Below, in pieces: positions 36,326 through 43,780 of a DNA stretch of 43,780 nucleotides. How positions within the stretch are numbered: position 1 is the stretch's first letter; each line of letters begins with the position of its first letter. The DNA is from Mollicutes bacterium (GTDB taxonomy: Bacteria; Bacillota_I; Bacilli_A; RF39; UBA660). Location: NCBI GenBank assembly GCA_003559495.1, contig PWLE01000022.1, forward strand, positions 1-43,780, given 5' to 3'. The notes under the pieces are model-generated. The model was not told the origin of the DNA, did not search any database, and saw only the letters and a program-made list of their open reading frames with translations. A program made the position numbers and the translations under genes.

Positions 36326-37174
36326 TTATGCTTGGTTGGCACTGCCAGTTAATATTAATTTCTCGCGAACACATTCTTTTATAGCAGCCTCCCCAGCTTG
36401 GATAATTTTTCTCGGATCATAAACTTTTGGGTTTTTTTCTAGAAAAACGCGAACCGCTTTTGACCAAGCAATTTGTAATTCGGTATTAATATTAATTTTA
36501 CTAATACCTAAATTAATTGCTTTTTTTATTTGTTGATCATATATGCCAGTTCCGCCGTGTAAAACAAGCGGAATTTCTATCTTATCATTAATTTCCTTCA
36601 TTCTTGTGAAATTTAATTTTGGTTCGCCTTTATAAAGGCCATGCACATTGCCAAGTGCTGGCGCTAGAAGATCAATATTTGCTTCTTTAGTAAGACGAAT
36701 AGCATCATCAACTTTCGCATAATAAATATCAGCAATAACATCATCTTCTTCGCCGCCAATATGACCAACTTCCGCTTCAACTATTACTTTTGGTTGGGCA
36801 TAATCAACGACACTTTTTGTAATGGCAATATTTTTATCTATTTCATATTGTGAGGCATCAATCATAACAGATGTGAAACCAGCATCAATTGCTTTTTGAC
36901 AATTTTCAAGACTATCACCATGATCATAATGAAGAATAACAGGAATCGTTATTCTTAAATCTTTTATTAAACTAGAAACCAAGGAACTAACAGTATGAAA
37001 TCCCCCCATATATTTAGCAGCGCCATTGCTAACGCCTAAAATAACAGGGGCGTTATTTTGTTGACATTCTTCTAAAATATAACGAGTCCATTCTAAATTA
37101 TTAATATTAAATTGACATAAAGCATATTTATTTTGGTAAGCTTTGTCTATTATTTTTTTAGCATTTTCTAACAA
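36326..37174 (-). CDS. fba: Class II fructose-1,6-bisphosphate aldolase
   Basis: ...YALCQFNINNLEW..., HYDHG, HGGTG motifs. TTG start 7 nt after aggagg. Confidence 0.93.
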   Translation of the reverse strand: MLENAKKIIDKAYQNKYALCQFNINNLEWTRYILEECQQNNAPVILGVSNGAAKYMGGFHTVSSLVSSLIKDLRITIPVILHYDHGDSLENCQKAIDAGFTSVMIDASQYEIDKNIAITKSVVDYAQPKVIVEAEVGHIGGEEDDVIADIYYAKVDDAIRLTKEANIDLLAPALGNVHGLYKGEPKLNFTRMKEINDKIEIPLVLHGGTGIYDQQIKKAINLGISKININTELQIAWSKAVRVFLEKNPKVYDPRKIIQAGEAAIKECVREKLILTGSANQA

Positions 37175-37293
37175 TTTAATTCCTCCTAATCATAATTAAT
37201 TTTAACATTTTTAATTTGGACAGTCAATTTAAAATCCATTAATAAGTGACAAGTAAAAATTTTAGTGGACCTTTTCAAAACAAAATAAACAAG

Positions 37294-37322
37294 TTGAAAA
37301 AAAAAGGCAAATGCTATATAAT
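37294..37322 (+). promoter_or_regulatory. Promoter of frr
   Basis: TTGAAA (37294-37299), 17-nt spacer, TATAAT (37317-37322). Confidence 0.6.
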
Positions 37323-37347
37323 GTTATATATAAAGGAGGGTTTATAC

Positions 37348-37890
37348 ATGGAAGAATTATTAATTAATGCTGAAGAGAAAATGTCGTTAGCGATTGAAAA
37401 AATGGTGGAAAGGTATCAAAATATTCGTGCTGGGCGAGCAAATCCTGCTATTTTAGATGGTATTTTAGTGTCTTATTATGGAACTCCTACGCCACTTAAT
37501 CAAATCGCCGCAATCAATATTCCGGAAGCAAGACAAATCGCAATTAAGCCATTTGACAAGAATTCGCTTGGTGATATTGAAAAAGCCATTTATGATGCTA
37601 ATTTGGGGTTGACACCTACTAATACTGGTGATTTTATTATTATTACTATTCCTCCGTTAACAGAAGAAACGCGTCGCGATTATGTTAAACAAGTAAAAAC
37701 AATTGCTGAGGATACAAGGATAACTCTACGAAATATTCGTCAAGAAATTAACAATACTATTAAAAAAGAAGCTAGTAATGAAGATGAAGAAAAAGCTTTC
37801 TTGGATGAAATGCAAGAATTAATAAATAAATATAATAAAATTATTGAGGAAAAAACAGCAAATAAAGAAACAGAATTAATGAAAGTGTAG
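37348..37890 (+). CDS. frr: Ribosome recycling factor
   Basis: ...YQNIRAGRANPAILDGILVSYYG.PTPLNQIA... matches RRF. aaaggaggg SD. The longer ORF from 37246 would cover the promoter. Confidence 0.95.
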   Translation: MEELLINAEEKMSLAIEKMVERYQNIRAGRANPAILDGILVSYYGTPTPLNQIAAINIPEARQIAIKPFDKNSLGDIEKAIYDANLGLTPTNTGDFIIITIPPLTEETRRDYVKQVKTIAEDTRITLRNIRQEINNTIKKEASNEDEEKAFLDEMQELINKYNKIIEEKTANKETELMKV

Positions 37891-37909
37891 GTTGGTCTAC
37901 ACTTTTTTT
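37884..37909 (+). terminator. Rho-independent terminator after frr
   Basis: AGTGTAG (37884-37890) pairs with CTACACT (37897-37903), followed by T6. Confidence 0.75.
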
Positions 37910-37931
37910 AGACTTTCTAAGATAAAGATGA

Positions 37932-37960
37932 TTACAATAATTGTAAGAGCATGTTATAAT
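37932..37960 (+). promoter_or_regulatory. Promoter of the coiled-coil M23 peptidase gene
   Basis: TTACAA (37932-37937), 17-nt spacer ending TGt, TATAAT (37955-37960). Confidence 0.55.
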
Positions 37961-37979
37961 TAGGACGAGAGGTGATTGC

Positions 37980-39170
37980 ATGATAAAAAAAATAATTAGT
38001 ATTTGTTTAATTTTTATCATGGCGTTTTCCATTTTATTTCCAGTTAGCTTGCAAGCTGATAATGATAGAACCTTACAAGATTTAATTGATGAATTAAATG
38101 AAAAAAGGGACGAATTAAGAGTAATTAATGAAGAGCAAGCATTGACCGAAGCACAAATTGCTGAAATTCGTGCTAATATAGCTAAAATAAATCGTGATTT
38201 GCAAGTTATTGATCAAACTATTGCATCCTTAATCGAAGAGATACGAGTTTTAAATATTGAAATAAAGGAAAAAGATGAAGAAATAAAACGTGTTATTAAT
38301 CAACATCAGTTAACAAATGGTAATAATGCGTATGTTGAATATGTTATGGGCGCCGCCACGGTTACCGATTTCATTTTTCGCGTTGCAATTGTTGAACAAA
38401 TGAGTGAATATAATCAAAATTTAATTGATGAAATGAATCAAATGATTGCGGATGCAGAACAAAAAAATATTGAATTAGAAGAGGAAAAACAACAAGCGCG
38501 GGTTAAAAGAGGCGCTTTGTATGATGAACAATTTAAATTGGGACAAGAATTAAAAGATCTTGGTGAACATGAACAAACCATAGAAGATGAGATAAATGAT
38601 GCTATTAAAACAATTGATAATTATAAAAAATATTTTGGTTGTCAACCGCAAGATCGATTAAAAGATTGTACTAGCCTCCCATTAGATGCCAGTTTTGTTC
38701 GTCCGATGGGACAGGGAGTTGTTACTAGTAATTTCGGTATGCGAACTTTATGGGGAAGACCTAATTTTCATTATGGTATTGATATTGGGGGCAATAGCGT
38801 TGGAACTAATGTTTACCCGGTTGCTAATGGACGGGTTGTTTTTCGAGGTTATAATTTGTGTATGGAACATTATATTATTATTCAGCACCATGTTAATGGC
38901 GAATATTATGCTAGTCGCTACATTCATTTAAATAGTGTTGCTGTGCAAGTTGGTAATGAAGTGATGCGTGATACAGTAATTGGTGGTGTTGGTGGTGCTA
39001 ATCCAAATAATGATCCTAGAATTTGTTCAACTGGACCACATCTGCATTTTGAAATAGCGGAAGGAATTTACGGGGAAGATTTTTCTAGTTTTCGTGGTAG
39101 TGCAAGTATCAATCCCCGCGAAAAAGTTAATTTACCACCAAGAGGAACTTGGTATTATGGTAGATTTTAA
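37980..39170 (+). CDS. Secreted coiled-coil + M23 metallopeptidase (EnvC/PcsB-style architecture)
   Basis: Signal peptide (...FPVSLQA|DND), about 200-aa coiled coil, M23 motifs HYGIDIGG, YIHLN and GPHLHFEI. Confidence 0.85.
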   Translation: MIKKIISICLIFIMAFSILFPVSLQADNDRTLQDLIDELNEKRDELRVINEEQALTEAQIAEIRANIAKINRDLQVIDQTIASLIEEIRVLNIEIKEKDEEIKRVINQHQLTNGNNAYVEYVMGAATVTDFIFRVAIVEQMSEYNQNLIDEMNQMIADAEQKNIELEEEKQQARVKRGALYDEQFKLGQELKDLGEHEQTIEDEINDAIKTIDNYKKYFGCQPQDRLKDCTSLPLDASFVRPMGQGVVTSNFGMRTLWGRPNFHYGIDIGGNSVGTNVYPVANGRVVFRGYNLCMEHYIIIQHHVNGEYYASRYIHLNSVAVQVGNEVMRDTVIGGVGGANPNNDPRICSTGPHLHFEIAEGIYGEDFSSFRGSASINPREKVNLPPRGTWYYGRF

Positions 39171-39179
39171 GGAGGAAAT

Positions 39180-40316
39180 ATGAAAAATAAAAAAGAATTC
39201 AACCTGGAAGAATTAAATGACTTAGTAAAAGCAGGAAGGAAGTTTTTGCGATTAATTACCATCTTGGTGTTGATTATTGGAGCATACGCTGTGATTATGT
39301 TATTTAAAGAAACGGGTATTTTAGCTTTTGCATTGGATGCTTTAAAAATTATTTCACCTTTGTTTATTGGTATTGCCATCGCTTGGATTTTTGACCCAGC
39401 CGTTAAATATTTTACTAAAAAAGGTATGAAGCGTATTTTTGGCGCTTTAATTGTTTATTTGTTGTTCTTAGGCTTTGTAGTTGGCTTTTTTAGTCTTATT
39501 ATTCCGGCATTTTCACAACAATTACAAGAATTATCACAAACAATTCCGGTAATTATTGGTAATTTTACTAACTGGCTTGATAATATTTTCGCTTGGTTTG
39601 GAAATATTGAAGGCGTTAATGAAGAGGTTCTAAAAGCCGAAGTAATGCATAGTATTGAACAATTTGGAACAGAACTGCCAAAAGTTCTTCCGCAATTTAC
39701 TTTTAATTTATTAGTTGGCGTTGCTAACTTTCTAGGAGTTTTTATTATTAGTTTAATTATTGGATTTTATGTCTTAATTAGTTACGAAAACGCTACCGAT
39801 GTTATTGTTCAGTTAACACCAAAAAAATATCGTCCTGATTTAGAAGAATTTTCTCATGATTTAAATGTTTCTTTACGGGGATATATTAGAGGAATTGGTT
39901 TATTATCAACTTTCATTTTTGTTACTACTTTTATTGCTTTTTCTTTCCTAGGCCTAAAGGGAGCATTGATTTTTGCTTTATTGTGTGGTTTAACGAATAT
40001 TATTCCTTACATTGGACCATATATTGGTGGCTTGGTGGCAGCAATTGTTGGTTTTTCACAAAGTTTTACATTAGGTATTTTAATTATTTTGGTTGTTATT
40101 ATAGTTCAAGCTTTTGAATCAATAGTTATGCATCCGCTTTTAATGGGGCGTTCAACGAGAATCCATCCTGTTTCAATTATGTTAGGTTTGCTATTCTTTG
40201 GTTATTATTTTGGTATTGTTGGATTAATTTTAGCAACACCACTGGTCGCTCTTCTCAAAGTTCTCTTTAATTTTGTTAATAAGCGAGTAAATTTTCTAGC
40301 GCTGGTAATTCATTAG
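39180..40316 (+). CDS. AI-2E family transporter (PerM/UPF0118)
   Basis: Polytopic. ...LTNIIPYIGPYIGG... and ...VHPVSIMLGLL..G....G..GLILATPL pattern typical of UPF0118. Confidence 0.8.
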   Translation: MKNKKEFNLEELNDLVKAGRKFLRLITILVLIIGAYAVIMLFKETGILAFALDALKIISPLFIGIAIAWIFDPAVKYFTKKGMKRIFGALIVYLLFLGFVVGFFSLIIPAFSQQLQELSQTIPVIIGNFTNWLDNIFAWFGNIEGVNEEVLKAEVMHSIEQFGTELPKVLPQFTFNLLVGVANFLGVFIISLIIGFYVLISYENATDVIVQLTPKKYRPDLEEFSHDLNVSLRGYIRGIGLLSTFIFVTTFIAFSFLGLKGALIFALLCGLTNIIPYIGPYIGGLVAAIVGFSQSFTLGILIILVVIIVQAFESIVMHPLLMGRSTRIHPVSIMLGLLFFGYYFGIVGLILATPLVALLKVLFNFVNKRVNFLALVIH

Positions 40317-40317
40317 T

Positions 40318-40839
40318 ATGATTTATTTAATCTCAGGAAAAGCTCGGTCCGGAAAAGACACCGCCGCAATGATCATTGGCAAAATTGCTAGAGAACAGAA
40401 AAAAACACATATTAACTTACAAATAAGTTTTTATATTAAAGAATATGCGAAAAGGATAAAAAACTGGGATGGTCGTGAAGAAACAAAACCGCGTCAATTT
40501 TTACAATATTTAGGAACAGAAATAATTCGTAATACAATTGATGAGTATCTTTTTATTAGAAGAATCGATGAAGATATTCGAGTATACTCGAACTTTTTTG
40601 ATGTCATAACAATTAGTGATATTCGGTTAAAGACCGAAATTGATTTTTTTAAAGAGAAATATCCTAAGAAAACTGTCTTGATTCATATTTTAAGAAATGA
40701 TAAAATAAAAAAACATTCGCAACATCGCACTGAAACGGAATTAGAAGCATATCAAGATTTTGATTATGTGATTGATAATAATGGAACTATTGCACAATTA
40801 GAGAAAAAATTGCACAAAATAGTTGAAGGAGACCGGTAA
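40318..40839 (+). CDS. P-loop kinase resembling phage T4 gp1-type deoxynucleoside monophosphate kinase
   Basis: LISGKARSGKDT P-loop, ...FLQYLGTEIIR..., ...ISDIRLKTEIDFF..., ...HRTETEL...VIDNNGTIAQLEKKL. Confidence 0.6.
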   Translation: MIYLISGKARSGKDTAAMIIGKIAREQKKTHINLQISFYIKEYAKRIKNWDGREETKPRQFLQYLGTEIIRNTIDEYLFIRRIDEDIRVYSNFFDVITISDIRLKTEIDFFKEKYPKKTVLIHILRNDKIKKHSQHRTETELEAYQDFDYVIDNNGTIAQLEKKLHKIVEGDR

Positions 40840-40845
40840 TAAAAA

Positions 40846-43515
40846 ATGGAACATCGGAAAGTACGAAAAATATGGTTTGATTTTTGGGAAGAAAAGGGGC
40901 ATGATATTATGCCATCCGCACCATTAGTACCAATTAATGATGATTCTTTGCTATGGATTAATGCCGGCGTCGCACCACTTAAAAAATATTTTGATGGTAG
41001 TGCTATTCCCAATAATAAAAGAATGGCTAATATTCAAAAGTGTATTCGAACTAATGATATTGAAAATGTTGGTTATACGAAAAGACATGCTACTTTTTTT
41101 GAAATGATGGGTAATTTTTCCGTTGGCGATTATTTTAAAAAAGAAGCCATAACTTGGTCTTGGGAATTTTTAACAGCAAGATTAGGATTAGAAAAAGATC
41201 GTTTTTGTGTTACTATCTATCCAGGTGATGAGGAAGCAAAGCAAGCATGGCTTGATTTAGGAATTGAAGAAGACCGCATTATTGAATTAGCAACTAATTA
41301 TTGGGAAATTGGTACCGGACCTTGCGGTCCCGATAGTGAAATTTTTTATGATCGAGGGATTGAGTATGATCCTGAGAACATAGGAGCTCGTTTAATTCAA
41401 GAAGAAATAGAAAATGACCGCTATATTGAAGTTTGGAATAATGTTTTTAGTATGTATAATGCCGAAGAAGGAAAATCTCGCGAAGAATATAATGAACTGC
41501 CAAGCAAAAACATTGATACTGGCATGGGTTTGGAAAGACTTTTAATGGTGCTTCAAAAAGCGGATTCCATTTTTGAAACAGATGTTTTATATCCATTGAT
41601 GCAAGAAATTGAAAAAATTAGTAATCAAAAATATCAACAACAAACACCTTTTCGAGCGATTGCTGATCATGTTCGCACAGTTACTTTTGCTTTAGCAGAT
41701 GGTGCAAGTTTTGGTAATGTGGGACGTGATTATGTTTTGCGAAGAGTTATTCGTCGGGCAGTTCGTTTTGGAAGAAGCATTCATATAAAAGAACCTTTTA
41801 TGCATCAATTAGTTGATACAGTTGTTTCTATTATGGGTGATGAATATCCTAATTTAAAAGAAAAACAAAATATAATAAAAGGAAAAATAAAGCAAGAAGA
41901 AAAATTATTTGCCAAAACCTTAGAACAAGGAGAGCGTAAATTTAATGAAATTTTAAAAAATAGCAAAAACAAAAAAATAACCGGACCCGATGCTTTTAAG
42001 TTATATGATACTTATGGTTTTCCTTTTGAATTAACAAAAGAAATGGCAGAGTTAGAAGGATTTAGTATTTCCGAAGAAGAATTTTTATCATATATGGAAA
42101 TGCAAAAAGAAAAAGCCCGCCAAGCACGTAAAGTTACTACAGAAATGAATTTGCAAAATGAAGCGTTACTTAATTTTAAAGCTAAAAGTGATTTCGTTGG
42201 GTATGAAAAAACGAAAGTCCAAGCACAAGTTGTAGCATTATTTGATGGCGAAAAATTTGTTGATAGTTTAAAAAGGGGCTATTTAGTTTTGGATAAAACA
42301 CCTTTTTATGTTGAATCGGGCGGTCAGATTGCTGATCAAGGATTTATTATTACCAATAACGAAAAATTAAAAATAACAGCATCTTTTAAAGGTCCAAATA
42401 AACAACATTTTCATTATGTTGAATCAGAAGAAACAATTAATATAAATGATCAAGTTAGTGTCGAAATTGATGAAGAATTTCGCAGTCAAGTAAGCGCTAA
42501 TCATAGTGCGGCACATCTTCTTCAAAATGCCTTGCAAAAAGTGTTATCATCTTCTATTGAACAAGCTGGTTCTCGGATTGATGACAAAACCTTGCGCTTT
42601 GATTTTATTTATGAAGAGAAAATAACTGATCAAGAACTAATAAAGGTTGAAAAGGAAGTTAATAAACAAATAAATAAAGATGACAAAACACAAACAAGTT
42701 TAATGAATATTGATAAAGCTTTAGAACAGGGAGTAACAGCTATTTTTGAAGATCGTTACGATAAAGAAGTCCGGGTTGTTAATATTGGTGATAGTAAAGA
42801 ACTATGTGGTGGGACACATGTTAATAATGTGCAGGAAATTAAGAAATTCGCCATCGCCACAATTGAAACAAAAGGTAATAATGTTTATCGAATAGTTGCA
42901 ACAACCAAAGATCGCATATTAGATGTTCTAACGGACTATGCGGCTGGTTTTCGCAGTGGCATTGTGCAACAAGAAAATAAAATTAAGCAACTATTAAAAA
43001 AGGCCGAAACAGAACAAGTAGAACTTTTTTATCAGTTTCGCAAGCATAAAACAGATTTAGAATCTTATGCTGATATTGTCGCTCTTTCCCAAGAATTAGA
43101 AAAATTAAAAAATGACACCAAAGAATTAGCCAAAGAATTACAAGAAAAGATAAAAAATAAAAAAATGGCTGATTTATCAAAATATGAAGAAAAAATAACA
43201 GAAAAAAAGTCACAAAAATATTTATTTTTAGAAACTAGTGATGAAGATATTAATATTATGAAAGAAATTATTCAAGCTTTAGCTAATAAATATGATAATA
43301 TTTTTATTTTCTGGCTGAACGAAAAAAATAATAGTTTAAATTTTTTAGCACGCAGTAATATTAATGATTTAGATGCTTCTGAAAGTTTGAAAAAAGCAGC
43401 GGAAATAGCAGGGGGAAGCGGCGGGGGGAATGTTAATTTTGCTCAAGGCGGCGGACCTAATGTTACGAATAAAGAAGCAATTATTCCCGCTGTAAAAGAA
43501 ATTGTCAATTTTTGA
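40846..43515 (+). CDS. alaS: Alanine--tRNA ligase
   Basis: ...FWEEKGH...PSAPLVP..D.SLLWINAGV..., editing-domain HSAAHLL and CGGTHV, C-terminal DHHA1-like GGGG. Confidence 0.97.
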   Translation: MEHRKVRKIWFDFWEEKGHDIMPSAPLVPINDDSLLWINAGVAPLKKYFDGSAIPNNKRMANIQKCIRTNDIENVGYTKRHATFFEMMGNFSVGDYFKKEAITWSWEFLTARLGLEKDRFCVTIYPGDEEAKQAWLDLGIEEDRIIELATNYWEIGTGPCGPDSEIFYDRGIEYDPENIGARLIQEEIENDRYIEVWNNVFSMYNAEEGKSREEYNELPSKNIDTGMGLERLLMVLQKADSIFETDVLYPLMQEIEKISNQKYQQQTPFRAIADHVRTVTFALADGASFGNVGRDYVLRRVIRRAVRFGRSIHIKEPFMHQLVDTVVSIMGDEYPNLKEKQNIIKGKIKQEEKLFAKTLEQGERKFNEILKNSKNKKITGPDAFKLYDTYGFPFELTKEMAELEGFSISEEEFLSYMEMQKEKARQARKVTTEMNLQNEALLNFKAKSDFVGYEKTKVQAQVVALFDGEKFVDSLKRGYLVLDKTPFYVESGGQIADQGFIITNNEKLKITASFKGPNKQHFHYVESEETININDQVSVEIDEEFRSQVSANHSAAHLLQNALQKVLSSSIEQAGSRIDDKTLRFDFIYEEKITDQELIKVEKEVNKQINKDDKTQTSLMNIDKALEQGVTAIFEDRYDKEVRVVNIGDSKELCGGTHVNNVQEIKKFAIATIETKGNNVYRIVATTKDRILDVLTDYAAGFRSGIVQQENKIKQLLKKAETEQVELFYQFRKHKTDLESYADIVALSQELEKLKNDTKELAKELQEKIKNKKMADLSKYEEKITEKKSQKYLFLETSDEDINIMKEIIQALANKYDNIFIFWLNEKNNSLNFLARSNINDLDASESLKKAAEIAGGSGGGNVNFAQGGGPNVTNKEAIIPAVKEIVNF

Positions 43516-43550
43516 AAAAGGTGCTACAATAATATCGAGGAGATGTTGCT

Positions 43551-43780
43551 ATGGAGGAAACAAAAATTTATGAAAACGGGGAAATTCAAGATAAATTAAT
43601 TGAAGAAACCCTATTAGAAATTTTTGATATTTTAGAAGAACGTGGTTATGATCCATATAAGCAAATTGTCGGATATTTAATGAGTGAAGATCCTGGGTAT
43701 ATTACTAGTCACAAAGAGGCACGAACGCGCATTATGGCTTTTGATCGTAGTCAAATTCTTGATTTTTTGGTGCGACAATT
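43551..43780 (+). CDS. IreB/UPF0297 (YrzL-like) protein, 3'-truncated by the window edge
   Basis: Hand translation: MEETKIYENGEIQDKLIEETLLEIFDILEERGYDPYKQIVGYLMSEDPGYITSHKEARTRIMAFDRSQILDFLVRQ. gaggag SD. Conserved position after alaS. Confidence 0.85.
   Translation, partial: MEETKIYENGEIQDKLIEETLLEIFDILEERGYDPYKQIVGYLMSEDPGYITSHKEARTRIMAFDRSQILDFLVRQ

Noticed and set aside
40840-40845. Looked for a T-box riboswitch upstream of alaS
   Set aside because: Only 6 nt separate alaS from the upstream gene, so there is no room for a leader.
1-43780. Scanned intergenic regions for tRNA, rRNA, CRISPR repeats, IS inverted repeats, DnaA-box clusters and toxin-antitoxin or defence gene pairs
   Set aside because: Intergenic spacers are short, mostly under 130 nt, and are accounted for by terminators, promoters and leaders. 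I saw no periodic repeat-spacer pattern, no transposase or integrase, and no TTATCCACA clusters.

Overview
AT-rich window (about one-third G+C by eye) that uses the standard bacterial code: TGA, TAA and TAG all end conserved genes at their expected C-termini. Gene content and order look like Bacillota. The Bacillus-type neighbourhoods rpsF-ssb-rpsR, gdpP-like-rplI-dnaB, yycJ-rlmH, rpmE-murA-fba and alaS-ireB are all present. I infer a wall-bearing Erysipelotrichia or Mollicutes-relative lineage. The window is mostly core housekeeping DNA: rplM-rpsI, rpsF-ssb-rpsR, and a complete S10-spc-alpha ribosomal cluster (rpsJ to rplQ, with secY, adk, map, infA and rpoA). These are followed by gpsA, a holin-like protein, lgt, a trxB-like gene, ligA, a DHH phosphoesterase, rplI, dnaB, two M23 peptidases, yycJ, rlmH, frr, an AI-2E transporter, a dNMP-kinase-like gene, alaS and the start of ireB. 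Only rpmE-murA-fba lie on the minus strand. I found no rRNA, tRNA, CRISPR array, IS element or recognisable defence system. I do not see a convincing new multi-gene system. The best candidate is the 5.7 kb accessory island (about 3.47-9.2 kb) between the rpsR terminator and the S10 promoter. It encodes an LnrLMN-like ABC-2 exporter tightly coupled to a 12-Cys basic protein, then a DUF1292 protein overlapping a 494-aa acidic coiled-coil protein. Other items worth a second look: an in-frame TAA that splits an otherwise full-length gpsA; a 111-aa acidic repeat tail on ribosomal protein L3; a TrxR-like protein lacking the NADPH HRRxxxR motif; an orphan prepilin gene after rplQ; a T4 gp1-like dNMP kinase 6 nt upstream of alaS; no rpmD between rpsE and rplO; and a truncated surface protein with seven propeller-type repeats. 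All family assignments come from reading the translations, not from searches.
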